From Hemiscyllium ocellatum (taxonomy: Eukaryota): a DNA stretch of 64,000 nucleotides. Where the stretch lies: contig NC_083426.1 in assembly GCF_020745735.1 (NCBI RefSeq), forward strand, positions 17,918,001 through 17,982,000. Reading direction: 5' to 3'. Position 1 is the first letter of the stretch, and each line of letters opens with the position of its first letter. The notes beneath the pieces were generated by a model that was not told the DNA's origin, made no database searches, and saw only the letters and a list, made by a program, of their open reading frames with translations. The position numbers and the translations under genes are program-made. Shown in pieces: positions 1-13,700 of the stretch.

Positions 1-1561
1 AAGTTGAATAATTATTTCTCAGCCAGAACACAGAAAATAGCCAATCTTTCAGTTTTTCTACAGTTTTATGAGGAGTCAATCTATGTCTCCATCAAATCAC
101 TGGAATGAGCCAGAAGTAAAGAAAGTCAGGGCTGTGACAAACTCTGGTAACATTTGACTACCTGCTTTGTTTAGGTGGAGGTCTAGTTCCAGAATGTTGC
201 TGACTCTTGACAAGCCTCAAAGATGTGAACATTCGGAGAAACCAACACTCTGATATGGATGGAAGGATCATCTGCAGCCTGCATACTTTATGTGGGATGA
301 TTAGCTCCTTCAAGCCAGAGTTCTATGGCCGTTCCTTTTGTCCTGTTCAGCACCACAGTAGGTAACTTATGGTGGTGATGTTGGGACTCCCATTTTTCTT
401 TTTCTGAGGGCCCTTCATGTATGGGAGCAATACGTGAAGGTTGACAGCAAGCATTTAAATATGCAGCAAAACATTTGTAAGTTCAGAAAGTTAAATAATT
501 CTGAAATTAGTAATCTCAGGATGATGGAAATAATCTGGCAAGTAGAAGCCCATCACTAATTGTGAGCAATATTGATTGTTGCAAACTGTCTTCTAGTTCA
601 TGAATGCCCTTTAGGGGAGGAAATTTACTGCCCTTACCTGCTCTGGATTACATGTGATGTCAGACCCATAATGGTTCACTCAACTTTGAAATGGCTTTGT
701 GTCTCAGTTCAAGTGTCACCTAAGGGTGGAAATATTCAGTGGCTCCACCAGCAATACCCAAATCCCATGAAAGAATAAAGAAAAACATTTCAGAAGTAAC
801 CTAAGGAGTGGGAGCACAGAGCAACCACCGAAGGAGAGCAAAGTGAGATGTCATGACTGGGTCAAAAGTGGGGGAGTAGACAGTAGGTAAGTATCTACAA
901 TGGTCTGAGAGTAAGAGGCAAATAGTGGTAAGGGGTTCAGTTCTGAAAGGGTTGCCAATGTGCACAGATGAAAAGATATGAAGAATTGGGGTATAGGTAA
1001 GGGTAACAACTGCTGAGTCAGCCAGTAACACCCATATCCAATAAATGATTAATAATACAAATACATACAATACACACACTATAAAACTGGAGTAAGAAGC
1101 CTTGTGGTGGAATGAAGACAACTTATAGACTATGTAAAGTGTGCATTTAGCATACATGAAACAATGTTTAGGTTTGGACTCAGCTGTGGAAAGGCAGGGA
1201 ATATATAAGTTTGTCAACGGATAAACTATGATGAATGGCACAGGTAGAGACTATCCAGTGATCTCAGAGAGTGGGCAAGGATCAGAGTTAATCAGAAGCC
1301 AGACATTGTTTTTGTTCTCCAGGAGAGGTGCAGTGGTCTCAGATGCTATACATATGCACTCCAAATCCAGTGGCCAGCAGAGTTATGAGCTGTAAAGACT
1401 AGCCGAAGCAAGGTAAATATCAAATGAGGGCATGCCAATGAGGGAACGAGTCTGGTGATAGAAGCTTGCTCTCTTATTGACTAAGTTTGATGGTATTCTA
1501 TACCTTTGAACCTTAAATACTTTCTGCATTTCCTTTGCTTTTCTCACAATCATTATTTAGT

Positions 1562-1648
1562 TGATAATTTATTGAAATTTCTGCTGCAATGCTTTCTTTG
1601 CTCAGATAAAATGTTGATAATGTGTTGATGTTTTCAGTGCTATAAGAA
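1562..1648 (+). promoter_or_regulatory. Candidate chitinase core promoter: three WGATAA sites and a TATA-like box
   Basis: TGATAA 1562-1567, AGATAA 1604-1609, TGATAA 1615-1620, TATAAGAA 1641-1648, about 95 nt upstream of the ATG. Confidence 0.55.
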
Positions 1649-1736
1649 ATATTCATAGAGTTTCTACACTGATCCGTGTAGAACAGACACTTGTGTAAAC
1701 GTTTCTCAACAATATTGCTCTGTGAACAAGGTCAAG

Positions 1737-1761
1737 ATGGCCAAGATCCTTCTGTGGGCTG
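1737..1761 (+). CDS. Chitinase exon 1 (signal peptide MAKILLWA)
   Basis: Kozak-like AAGATGG, 25-nt coding exon, donor GTAAGG. Confidence 0.85.
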
Positions 1762-4700
1762 GTAAGGACAATACTTAGCTACTATACTTAAATATTTCTC
1801 AACTGTAATTTGTAAATAGAACTATATTTCAATACATTAAAAATTTATATCAAATTATGACTTTGATTAAAATTATTTAGAATGTTTTCACTTCAATAAA
1901 TGCTGCCATGCCCATTTTACGTTTTCCTTTTTATTTTAGTGGGATTTGTGCTGCTGTTAGAAGTGTACAGTGGTAAGCAGCAACAGATTTTAACCTTTTA
2001 TTGTCAATGATTGTTAAATTGACCACGACCTTATATGTTCCTATGATTAGCTTAACTTTTAAAAATCATAAACTGCAAAGTTCTGAGCATTGTTATCAAT
2101 GTGTTTTCAAGCTTAAATTCAAAGTGCAGGCAATTTGTTTTTCCTTAGAATGTTATTCTGCTTAGAAGCTGTTAGTGCTGTTGCCTCTGAGAAGTTGTTG
2201 AACAAAGGAGCACCCAAGTTTTAAATGTCATTACACATGACATACACTGACATTTGTAGTGGTATTTTGTATTACAAAAGATTATTTAATAAGTAATATC
2301 AATACAGTCTGACAAGATCAGTTGGACAGTAAATTCTTTTAATATTTGTTTTTGATTTCTTAGCAAACTGTATATGTATGGAAAGGCAAGGCGATCAACA
2401 CACATTACAATGCTGGAAATAAATATATCATAACATAACCTCACTAACATCATAATATTATTTCATTTTTCAATATTGGGAATAAAGTCACAATGATAGA
2501 AAATTAGATTGGTGGAATATACGTACTTGCATTCTCATACTATTCAAGCATATAAGTTATGCTATCTCTAAGATCACAGTTGTTTTGCTAATGTAATTAT
2601 TCCATCTATGCCATACTGACTTAAAGATTATTAATATCACCAATGAACAATACATTAAAATGCTGTTGTGGTTCTGTCCACCAAGCTGGGAATTTGTGTT
2701 GCAGATGTTTCGTCCCCTGTCTAGGTGACATCCTCAGTGCTTGGGAGTCTCCTGTGAAGCGCTTCTGTGATGTTTCCTCCGGCATTTATGGTGATTTGAA
2801 TCTACCGTTTCCGGTTGTCAATTCCAGCTGTCCGTTGCAGTGGTCGGTATATTGGGTCCAGATTGACGTGTTTATTGATTGAATCTGTGGATGAGGGCCA
2901 TGCCTCTAGGAATTCCCTGGCTGTTCTCTGTTTGGCTTGTCCTATAACAGTAGTGTTGTCCCAGTCGAATTCATGTTGCTTGTCATCTGCGTGTGTGACA
3001 ACCGGAAGTGGCAGATACAAACCACTATAAATGCCGGAGGAAGCATCACAGAAGCGCTTCACAGGAGGCTCCCGAGCACTGAGGATGTCACCGAGACAGG
3101 GGACAAAACGTCTGCAACACAAATCCCCAGCTCGGCGAACAGAACCACAACAACGAGCACCCAAGCTACAAATCTTCTCACAAACTTTGAACATTAAAAT
3201 GTATCATTTTAGGATGACCTGTTAATCTAACACTAGTTGTTTGCCATGGCATTTTCTGTTTAAAATCAGAGATGTCCAAAGATATATGTTTGGGTCAAAC
3301 AGAAACTCCTTGCCTACACTGTTTTAAAACAGGGCTGTTAATTGCATCCCCCATCACTGCAGCTAACAGGGAATCTACATTGGTAATTGTGGCTCAGTTA
3401 AGGATTCATGTATCAATACATCCTGACACCACCATGCAGTACCAAGGGAGTGCTACATTATCAGAGGTGACATCTTTTGGATGAGACATTCACTTGAGGC
3501 CCGCTCTGTCTTTTCAAGTGGATATTGCTGGTTTTATGATCCTAGAGGAACCTTGTGATTACGTCATGGAGATGCACCTCAATGGACATAAACAGCACAA
3601 TGTGGGTGGAATCAGATAACAAGATAGAAACTGATGCAGAGAAGCAAGTGGAGTGATCAATTAGCATAAGACACTAGGCGTTTATGGGACAGTATTCCAA
3701 TAGTGAAATTAGAGCTTGGTACATTTCTGATTACTGTTTATTGTCATTTTTAGCCTTAATATATAATAAACAGTGTTATAAAGAGGCCTAAGGCTAAAGA
3801 TAAGTCTTGACCTTGTCATCACCTCAATCTGTCTGTCCTGAACCCAAACCATGTGGTAATAAAATCACACCAAATAAGAGACAAAAAAGATCCCAAGATT
3901 TGAAGCAGTCCAAGAAGTTATTCACAGTCTCCAGGCCAACTTACCTTTTAACAACCATCACAAAAGAAGCTGGTCCTTGCACCTTCTCCCATGTCCTTAT
4001 ACCAAATGTACACACCAGACCTTGTCATCACATCGGCTGCCACCACAAACAATATTGTCAGCCATCAATTAGTAGCTATTGATTCTCCCAGATTGACCTT
4101 TATCAGTTCCTTTGTCAAGCCAACTGTTTTATTCTCTCTCTGGGCTCCATCTCCACCTATCGCTTATTCTTCATTCATTTCCCCCATCCCATTTTCAGCA
4201 TATATAGCAACTTTTCCTCACTAAAATCAGCTCTGAAGGAGGATTACTGGACCCTTTCTGTCCAGCAATTTCTGTTTTTGTTTCTAATCATTGTATGTTG
4301 TGCTTTGCTTTGAAAATTAATGGCCATGTTTCTGACATAATAACAGTGACTACACTTTAAAAGTACTTCATTGGCTGTAAGGTGCTTTGGAATGTTTTGT
4401 GCTCATGAAAGGTGCCATATAAATTCAAGTCATTCTATATAGACATGACATAAAGCTCTTTTTTCAGCTTTAAAGGTGTCATTTTCACTTCAAGTGTTTC
4501 TACTTCCAAGTTATCTTTTTGAAATGTTAATTCTAATTGTAGAACCAAGCAACTAATATTATTTTCTAACACAGCTTCAGGCAAGGACTATAAACTGGTT
4601 TGTTACTACACAAACTGGGCCCATAAAAGAGGAGACTGTAAGTTCTTACCAGAAGACATTAACCCCAGGTTATGTACCCATCTCATTTTTGCTTTTGCTG

Positions 4701-7700
4701 TTATTGGCAATAACCATCAAATCGTTGCCCAGGAAAGTGAAGATGAAGATCTATACATCTCATTTAACAATCTTAAAAAGAGGTAAGTTTATTTTGTTTC
4801 AAATATCTCTGAAGTGCTTTTCTAAATATAATTTTGTTTCTATCATAAAGGTTCTTCTCAAAATATTATCAGAGTAATGAAATCACATTCTTCAAAATGG
4901 GAAATCAGTTTTGGAAAACCATACATGTAAATACCACCAGTTTAAAATTAAATTTGCTTGAGATTTATTGCACTGTACAGAAATGGATCTAAAATAAAAG
5001 GAAGAAATTACTCCATAGAAAACTAATTATAACATCCATTGTGATAATCCAGCTATGGGAAAGTGAAGACTACAGATGCTGGAGATTAGAGTCAAAAAGT
5101 GTGGTGCTGGAAAAGCACAGCTGATCAGGCAACATCCGAGAAGCAGAAGATTCGACGTTTGAGCCTAAGCTCTTTATCAGGAATGTGGGGGAGGTCCAAG
5201 GGGGCTGAGAGATAAATGGGAGGGGGTTGGGGCGAGGGGGAAGATAGCTGGGAATGCCACCGTGGGAAGTGTAAAACCTGCACCCACACCTCCCCATTCA
5301 GCTCCATCCATGGCCCCAAAGGACCCTTCCACATGTAGCAGAGATTTTCCTACACACGTGTCATCTACTGTGTCCGTTGCTCCCATTATGGAGTCCTCTA
5401 CATTGGGGAGACAGAATGCCAACTTGAGAAACGTTTCAGAGAACATCTCTGAAACATACATACTCAACAACCCTCACTGCCCTGTGGCCAAACACATCAA
5501 TTCCCCCTTCCACTCTGTAAGGACATTCAAATCCTTTTCCTCATCTCCCCTCCCCCAACCTTATCCGAGATCCAACCCCCCAAATCAGCACCGCCCTCTT
5601 GGCTGTCCTACCTGTCCATCTTCCTTCCCATCTAGTCGCTCCACCTTCCACTCTGAACTATCACCTTCTCTCCCACCTCCATCTACCTATCGCATTCTCA
5701 GCTATCTTCCCCCTAAGCTCCACCCCCTCCCATTTATCTCTCCCTTGGGCCTCTCCCACATTCCTGATGAAGAGCACATGCTCAAAATGTCAATTCTCCT
5801 GCTCCTCGGATGCTGCTTGACCGGCTGCTTTTCCTGCACCACACACTTTTTGACTCGAATAATCCAACTATGCACTAATTTCAACTCACACAGAAATAAA
5901 TTACAATATATTTCCACATCTCAAACACTACTCAATTAAAGCATGGTCTTTATCCAAACTAAATGTTGTATTATACATTATAATTTTAATCTCTCAGCTT
6001 CATTGTATTGGTGTGCTGCTAATTTAGAAAAAGTTGTAATTATTGCTCTCAATCAGATCTTTCTTTGAGCCTGATTTGTTTTTGTTTAAATAAATTCAAC
6101 ACAAAATTCTAGAAATATCCTGCAGATCTAGCAGCATTTGGAGACAGAGAAACAGAGAGAAAAATTCACTGAGTATTTTATTAAGTGAGATCCAAAGTGT
6201 CTGATCCACCATGGCTCATCGTGACCTTTCTCACACAACCTTCTCGCTTCACCTCATTAAGTAGACAACAGGGCTTTTGGGCAGCCATGTGGTGGGACAG
6301 ACAGAAGCACTCATCACTTGCTGGGATCTTCTTGCATTCTTGCTGCCAGAACTGTATTTAATGTCCAGCCAAACACTACTCAGTTGTTACAAGATTATAA
6401 CTGGAGTGGGAGTGGTCTTTAATGATGTTGGCTGACTCTCTGTGTCGACGAGAAGTGTAGACAGAGTCAAATGGATGTAAGGTTGGTTTGTGTGATGATT
6501 TGGGCTGTGTCCACAACTTTCTGTAGTTTCATTTGGTCCTGGGCAGAGCAATTAACATACCAAGCTGTGATGCATCAGATAGAATACTTTCTATGGTGTA
6601 TAAGTAAAAGTCAGTGAGGATCTTACTTTTTGCTGTTGAACAGTGATGAAACAAATGAACAGTCCTTTCAGACATGAACTATGAATGATCCTTGAACTAT
6701 GACATTGAGTCTGCAGCCAAGGCATTATACTTTCGAGTAGACAACACTGATGCTAAAATCAATTGGTACAGGTTGTGTTAGTGCCTGGCCCATACATATT
6801 ATTACACTTACTCACAACCATCGAGTGTGGATACATAAGCAATAATAATTCACACATCTTCCAAGGGAAATTCTAGATTTCAGATTTTTCAGGGACGTCA
6901 AGACGAGAAGATATAAAATGGACCTGTTGGAAATGTTTGCCTTGCTCTATCTTTGTAGTTCATCAGTCTGAGGTGTCAAAAAGGTGTCATATTTAGAGCC
7001 TATTGTCTCGTAGTAGTCTGTCTGGCCCAAGGATCTTGACAGCAGAATTCTCCAGTATGAGGAAGCAGTGGCAGCTCCCAGGATATCTGTCACAGATCTC
7101 CAAGATTTAGCAATGATGGTCATATGTATTTTAAACATCAATGTACTGAAAGCTTCATCATTTGAGGAACTAAAAAAGTCAGAGGCAGCTGTTATCAAAG
7201 CAACATTGCTGCAACTGACAGTGCCTGCATCTCAGGGAAGTCAGTGATAGTGGAAACTCTCACTGTCCAGCCACCTTCACTCTTCTCATCTTGAATGGCT
7301 CTTGAAGAGCTATGCACTGGAAAATATTACAATAGTTACATTTGGTTGCATTTATAGATCGAGAATGGGGAGATTCCTGGCTGCACCTCGAAATGAACTA
7401 CTTGCTTTAATATTCAGGGCAGATTTGACCTTGACAGTGGCCAGAATGGGATTATCATTTAGTCCTCTAAGCTCAAGTTCTGCTCCAGCAGCCGATCCAG
7501 GCCAATAATAAGAGCACAGGATAGCATTGTCATCATAGTCAATTCAAGATCAGAAAGTGTCCAGCTATGGCAGTCTTCATGTCAGATACTTGAGCAGATG
7601 CTGCCAAAATGAGAACAAATTTTGCTGAAAGGATTCCTGTTGTTCTCACATCCATCACAATGAAGCCTCGTGTTATGCCAATAAACAGTGTGGCATGGAA

Positions 7701-10700
7701 TCTTCCCAAGGATGGTATTGCCATGCCTCGTTAAGGAACTCTGATGTATGCCAACTTATTCAAAAGTGCAACCAACATTTTCATGCTACATTGCAAGAAT
7801 AATTTCTGCCAGTAAGCTAACAAGATGTTCCCATCTCCCTAATCCCCCAACAAGAAGGCAATATTCCACATTTTTGCACACAGACAGCTTACTGTGCCAG
7901 TTCTGAAGGGAATAAAGAGTCAAACACATTACTGCGGGACTCTGGAGTCACATATAGACCAGACCAGGTCAGAATGGCAGATTTTCCTTCCTGAAGGTTT
8001 TATGAAAGTGATGGGTTTTTAAATAATGATGGTAGTTTAATAGTCAGCATTATTGAAAGTAACTTTTAATTTCAGATTTTGCTTAGTGAATTGAATTTAA
8101 ATTCTATCAACTGCCATGGTGGTACTTGAGCCCAGTAATCTCAATCGTCACAGCATTAGGAATCAAAAGATTCAGACTAATGTGTGCAATTCTGGTCTCC
8201 CTCCTATCGGGAGGATGCTGTGAAAATTGAAAGGGTTCAGAAAAGATTTACAAGGACGTTGCCAGGGTTGGAGGATTTGAGCTGTAGGGAGAGGCTGAAC
8301 AGGCTGGGGCTGTTTTCCCTGGAGCGTCAGAGGCTGAAGGGTGACCTTATATACATTTATAAAATCATGAGAGGCATGGATAGGGTAAAAAGACAAGGTT
8401 TTTTTTCCCTGGGGTGGAGGATTCCAGAACTAGAGAACAAAGGTTTAAGATGAAAGGGGAGAATCTTAAAATGGACCTAATGGGCAACTTTTTCACACCG
8501 AGGGTCGTGCACATATGGAGTGAGCTGTCAGAGGAAGTGGTGGAGGCTGGTGCAATTATAACATTTAAAAGGCATCTAGATGGGTACATGAATAGGAAGG
8601 TTTTAAACGGATATGGGACAAGTGTTGGTAAATGGGACTAGATTAGGTTAGGATATCTGGTCGACATGGACAAGTTAGACAGAAGGATCTGTTTCAGTGC
8701 TGTACGTCTCGATGTCTCTATGACTAGTGTAGTGACATTACGATTACACCATTCTGTCAACTAAAACTCTTCAGTTAAAATAATCAATCAAACATGGCAG
8801 ACAATCACTGAGAATGAAATAAAATAAAATAAGGTAATAGTGGACTGAGTGTAGCATGGATTTTGCAGCTGCTCCTGAGTTTCAGACTTATTTTTAGATT
8901 TACTTACAGATTCCTTATATTTGTTACATTTCAGTAGTATAAAATTTTTATTTTGATTTATTTTTAGTTCTTTTATACTCAAAATCAACATTTAGATAAG
9001 TACAAGAAAGAAATGCTTGGACAGATACGGGCCAAGTACAGGCAGGTAGGACTAGTTTAGCTTGAGATTATAGTCAACATGGACCAAAGGGTCCGTTTCT
9101 TTTATCCTATTTCTAGAAAGAATACTGAATTACATAATGGGCTTTATATTCTTTTAAAATTAATTATCATCGCTTCTGATTTTCACAGGAACCCAAACTT
9201 GAAAACACTCTTATCTGTCGGAGGCTGGAATTTTGGAACTGAAAAGTAGGTTTTTTTCTCAGCAGCAATTTTCTACCATTATACAAATGTTATTTCTAAT
9301 CATGATTTGGAGATGCCGGTGTTGGACTGGGGTGTACAAAGTTAAAAATCACACAACACCAGGTTATAGTCCAACAGGTTTAATTGGAAACACACTAGTT
9401 AGTGTGTTTCCACTTAAACCTGTGGGACTATAACCTGGTGTTGTGTGATTTTTAACTATGTTATTTCTACTGTGTTAATGAAATGAGAAATACAGAAATG
9501 TGAGAAACTTCATACCAGAAGAACTGGATAACAGTCCATGTCTACTGGTGATTTTAAAAATATTTAATGCTTTTCTTTGACCTGTTAAAGTGTATTAGCA
9601 GCAATACAGTTAAGAAAAACATTCTTTAGCCAATGGAATCAGGATGTTGTACCGATACAGTTCACGAGTGTTTATCTTAATACATTACTTTAGAGTTCTC
9701 TGAAATTTAAAAGAATGAGAGATGTTGTTTAGCAGTGGACAAAATTTTTTTAGAAAGCTTGACAAGTTAGAAACTGAGAGAATATTTTTCCAGCTGAAGA
9801 GTCTAGAATCGCATAAGATGTTGGTGAGGCCACAACTGTGTATTGGGTGCAGTTCTGCTCACCACATTACAGGAAAGATGGAATTGCTCTGGAGAGAGGG
9901 CAGAGAAGATTTACTAGAATGTTGCCTGGGCTGGAAAATTGTGGCTATGAAGAGAGTTTGGAGAGGTTGGAGTCATTTTCCTTTGAACAAGGAAGGCTGA
10001 GGGGTGACATGATGGAAGTAAACAAAATTGGGAGGCGTAGAGATACAGTAGACATGAGGAACCTGTTTCCTTTGGCATGGAGTTCGAAAAGAAAGGTCAT
10101 AGACTCAAGCTAAATGGCAGGATTAGAGGAGTGTGAGGAAAACCTTTTACACAGAGGATGGTAGGTATCTGGAATTTGTGACCTGTTGGTGGTAGAGGCA
10201 GCAATTCTTTTTAAAAAGACCTGGATCTGCATTTTAAGTTCTGGAAGCTGTAGGGTCATGGTCCATGTGGAGGAAGATGGGATTGGAAAGGGCAGTTAGG
10301 TATCTTTGGGTCAGCCTGGACAAGATAGACTGAATGCCCCCCTTCTGGGATGGATCAATTTCATAGTTCTAATTGAAGACCGTCATCTCAGAACAGTCAA
10401 CAATTTTAAAAAGATTTGAAGAGAAATTTCTTCGCTGCATTTTGTGGATCTTCTGAATTCTCTACTTCAGAGAGCTGTGGACATTCTAATGAGATTACTC
10501 ACAATTGAGATTGATAGAACTTTTGGTACAAAGCAAATTTAGGGATATTGAGAAATACAGCACGAAAGTTAGTAGATGAAGATGTTCAGCATGATCTTAT
10601 CAAAGTGCAATGCAGATCCAATGGAATGTTGTCAACACTTAATTCTGTTTCTTATGCCTTTATATCTTTCAGGTTCACTGCCATGGCTTCCAGCAAAGAT

Positions 10701-13700
10701 ACCCGTCTAATATTCATTAAATCTGTTATAGAATTCCTACGACAAAAAGATTTTGATGGTTTAGATCTACATTGGGAGTACCCAGCATTTAATAGAAGCC
10801 CATACCTGGACAAACAGCGCTTTACTTTGTTGGTTCAGGTGAGTTACATTATACCTTAAATCCATGAGTTATCAGGGGATTCAATCTGTGCAATATGTTT
10901 TAAAAATTAAATACAGATCATACGTATTATATAACAAAAAGACCTATCATCAACTTCTTAATGAGAAAAATCACTAATAATAAATGTCCATGTTTAACAG
11001 TTACATTTGAATTGAATTGAATGATTATTGTCACTTGTATGTAACAAATAAATAGTGAAAAGTGTAAAATGTAGCCATGCTCTGGCACCATTTTGAGTTA
11101 CAGAAGATAACTAGAATATAACTAAAGTCAGAATTCTTTCACCCTATTTGTGCTCTGCTCGAAATTGGAGGGGTGGGGGGGGGGGGGGGGGGGGGGGTGG
11201 CGTTTTCCAGAACAGGTTCCAGTCCATCAACACACTCTTGTATCACAGTCCATTCCAGAAGCCCTGCTCCACTGTTATCGTCACCGTTACTGCGTTCCAG
11301 ATTTACCACATCGGGCCTACCACGCCGCTGCCAATGCAACCACCAGTCCCATCGATCTGCCAAAAGTACCGAATTGGGCCTTCGCATCTCCGCAGCTGAA
11401 GCCCAATATCCTGATTCTGATGCAGATCACTGATGCCACCTTCGCCGCCAACTGCAAGGGCTTCTCTGCTTTCACTGCCATATTGAAAGCAGTGCCACTG
11501 ACACTGTCTTGAGTCCTGCACTGGTTGACCCATCAACATTAATGTCACTACACTCTGGCAGTATCTGTCACTGCTGGGCCCACACTCGTTGCCTCTCACC
11601 AAGCAGACAACTCTTACTGCCATTGCTGTACATGCTCAGAATATTGGGCCCAGCTTTGCTCTTCTCAAGGCACCAAAAAGGCTTTTAAAGCAGAAACGAG
11701 AAGGAAAAATGAAAGAGAGCAAAAGTAAAAAGAGAAAATTAAAAAAGAAATCAGACGGAAGTGGATGAGACTTGGGCTAGGAGCTTAGATGCAACACTGC
11801 CAGTCTGCTGCCATCTTGATTTGGCAACAAGAATTCAACTCTTAACTCACAAAAATAGATGATTTATAGCATGTCAGAGGTTAAGATGAAAGAATTCTAC
11901 CAAGGGATTTGAACCATCTCAAACCTGCTTTTATTAGAAATGATACAAGGATACAGCTTTGTTTTTAAATGCAAAGTACATACCTTCATTCTAATAGATT
12001 TTTCAAAGTAGCTGAGTCTCCTAGACCTGGGGAATTCAGCAACTTTAATAAAGCAAGATGTGCAAGGTAAGTGCCATAATAGTTTCTGCTTAGGGGCGGA
12101 GCGGGCAAGTTTTCTCTCGACATGACATTCTAGCTAATTAAACAGCCATTGCCTAGGATTTCTCTGATTCCACATGTTCCCCATCACACACACACACCTG
12201 TGATTATAAAACTCCTCCTGACCAGAATTGTCAGATTGTACCACTGCATTTACCCACTTCAGTCAACCCACCTGAAATGTGTCAACAGGCCAGAACCCCA
12301 CAAAAAATTTAAATCAACCCTGTAACCAAATTCTGCAAGACATTGAGGAAACCCATTTGAGTTCTCCAAAGTTGCAACATTTATGCCCCTGCCACAGAAT
12401 AAACTTTGCTCCTGAGGCATAAATCCAGGCCAATGTGATTTATGCAAGTATGTTGCAGATTGGACATAGAGTCAAGCTGCCAGAGGAATCAGTTGGAGGC
12501 TAGTACAACAACAACAATTAAAAGGCATCTGGATGGGTATATAGACAGGACGGGAATAGAGGGATATGGGCCCAATGCTGGCAAATGGGACTAGATCGGT
12601 TTAGGATATCTGATTGGCATGGACAATTGGACAGAAGGGTCTGTTTCTGTGCTGTATAACTCTATGATAGGAAAGGGTCATGTGATTTTTTTTTGAAAAA
12701 TAGCGTTATCTTTGCCTATGGTGTTGATAAGCCCTTTAAAATGCATTATTCAAAATTTGTAAATGTGTTTTATGTTAAAGCACATTTTCATTTCAGATAT
12801 TGCACTCACATCCAAATTCACTTGACACCTGGACATTCCGGTTCTACCCCAAGGTTTGACTTTATATTTAAAGGCCCATAATGATTCATCAGTTGTGTAT
12901 TTTCCTGCAATTGCATACCATAGCTACGTTTTAATTAGATTAGATTAGACTTACAGTGTGGAAACAGGCCCTTCGGCCCAACAAGTCCACACCGACCCGC
13001 CGAAGCGCAACCCACCCATTCCCCTACATTTACCCCTTACCTAACACTACGGGCAATTTAGCATGGCCAATTCACCTGACCCGCACATCTTTGGACTGTG
13101 GGAGGAAACCGGAGCACCCGGAGGAAACCCACGCAGACATGGGGAGAACGTGCAAACTCCACACAGTCTGTCGCCTGAGTCGGGAATTGAACCCGGGTCT
13201 CAGGCGCTGTGAGGCAGCAGTGCTAGCCACCGTGCCGCCCAAGAAAGTGATTTTATAGTGACTGAGAATTTCAAACCATAGTCCATTCTCTGGGTATTTT
13301 AAATAGTTAACCTACCTTCTCCAGCAAAGCATTTGCTACAGCCTTCCCAATACCCAACCATGAAACAGTATAATTGCCAGTGCAGTCATACACTTTCCCC
13401 CCAAATAAAGGAATCCCTGGAACCTGACCAATCTCATTTCAAATTACCTCACTCCCTTCCCCCAGGACTCTTCTTCTCCCTCACTCTACCCATTGCCTTC
13501 TACAAGTTTACCCTTTTTTCTCTTTCTATCCCTTTTATCTCATTTCATTTTGGGACATTTATTCTCTTGTCCTCTTCGCTTCCCCTTTTATTTCACCAAT
13601 CACCAAAAGCCATTGGACAAGTGGGAACAAAATCAAAAAGGCTAATAAAGTATCAACCTTTATACCAAAAGTTTTAAATACAAGTGATGCATCCCTTCTC

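Noticed and set aside
3530-3870. Possible short solo LTR splitting a Deu-SINE
   Set aside because: Termini and TSD could not be defined.
5262-5939. 225-aa ORF on +
   Set aside because: Off-frame reading of a degraded Penelope fragment; the GIY-YIG motif is in another frame.
6650-7850. Possible LTR-retrotransposon pol remnant
   Set aside because: Too degraded to show a diagnostic motif; left unassigned.
11139-11623. Cluster of poly-Gly and poly-Pro ORFs, and a possible G-quadruplex
   Set aside because: Caused by a G homopolymer inside a repeat; no support for function.
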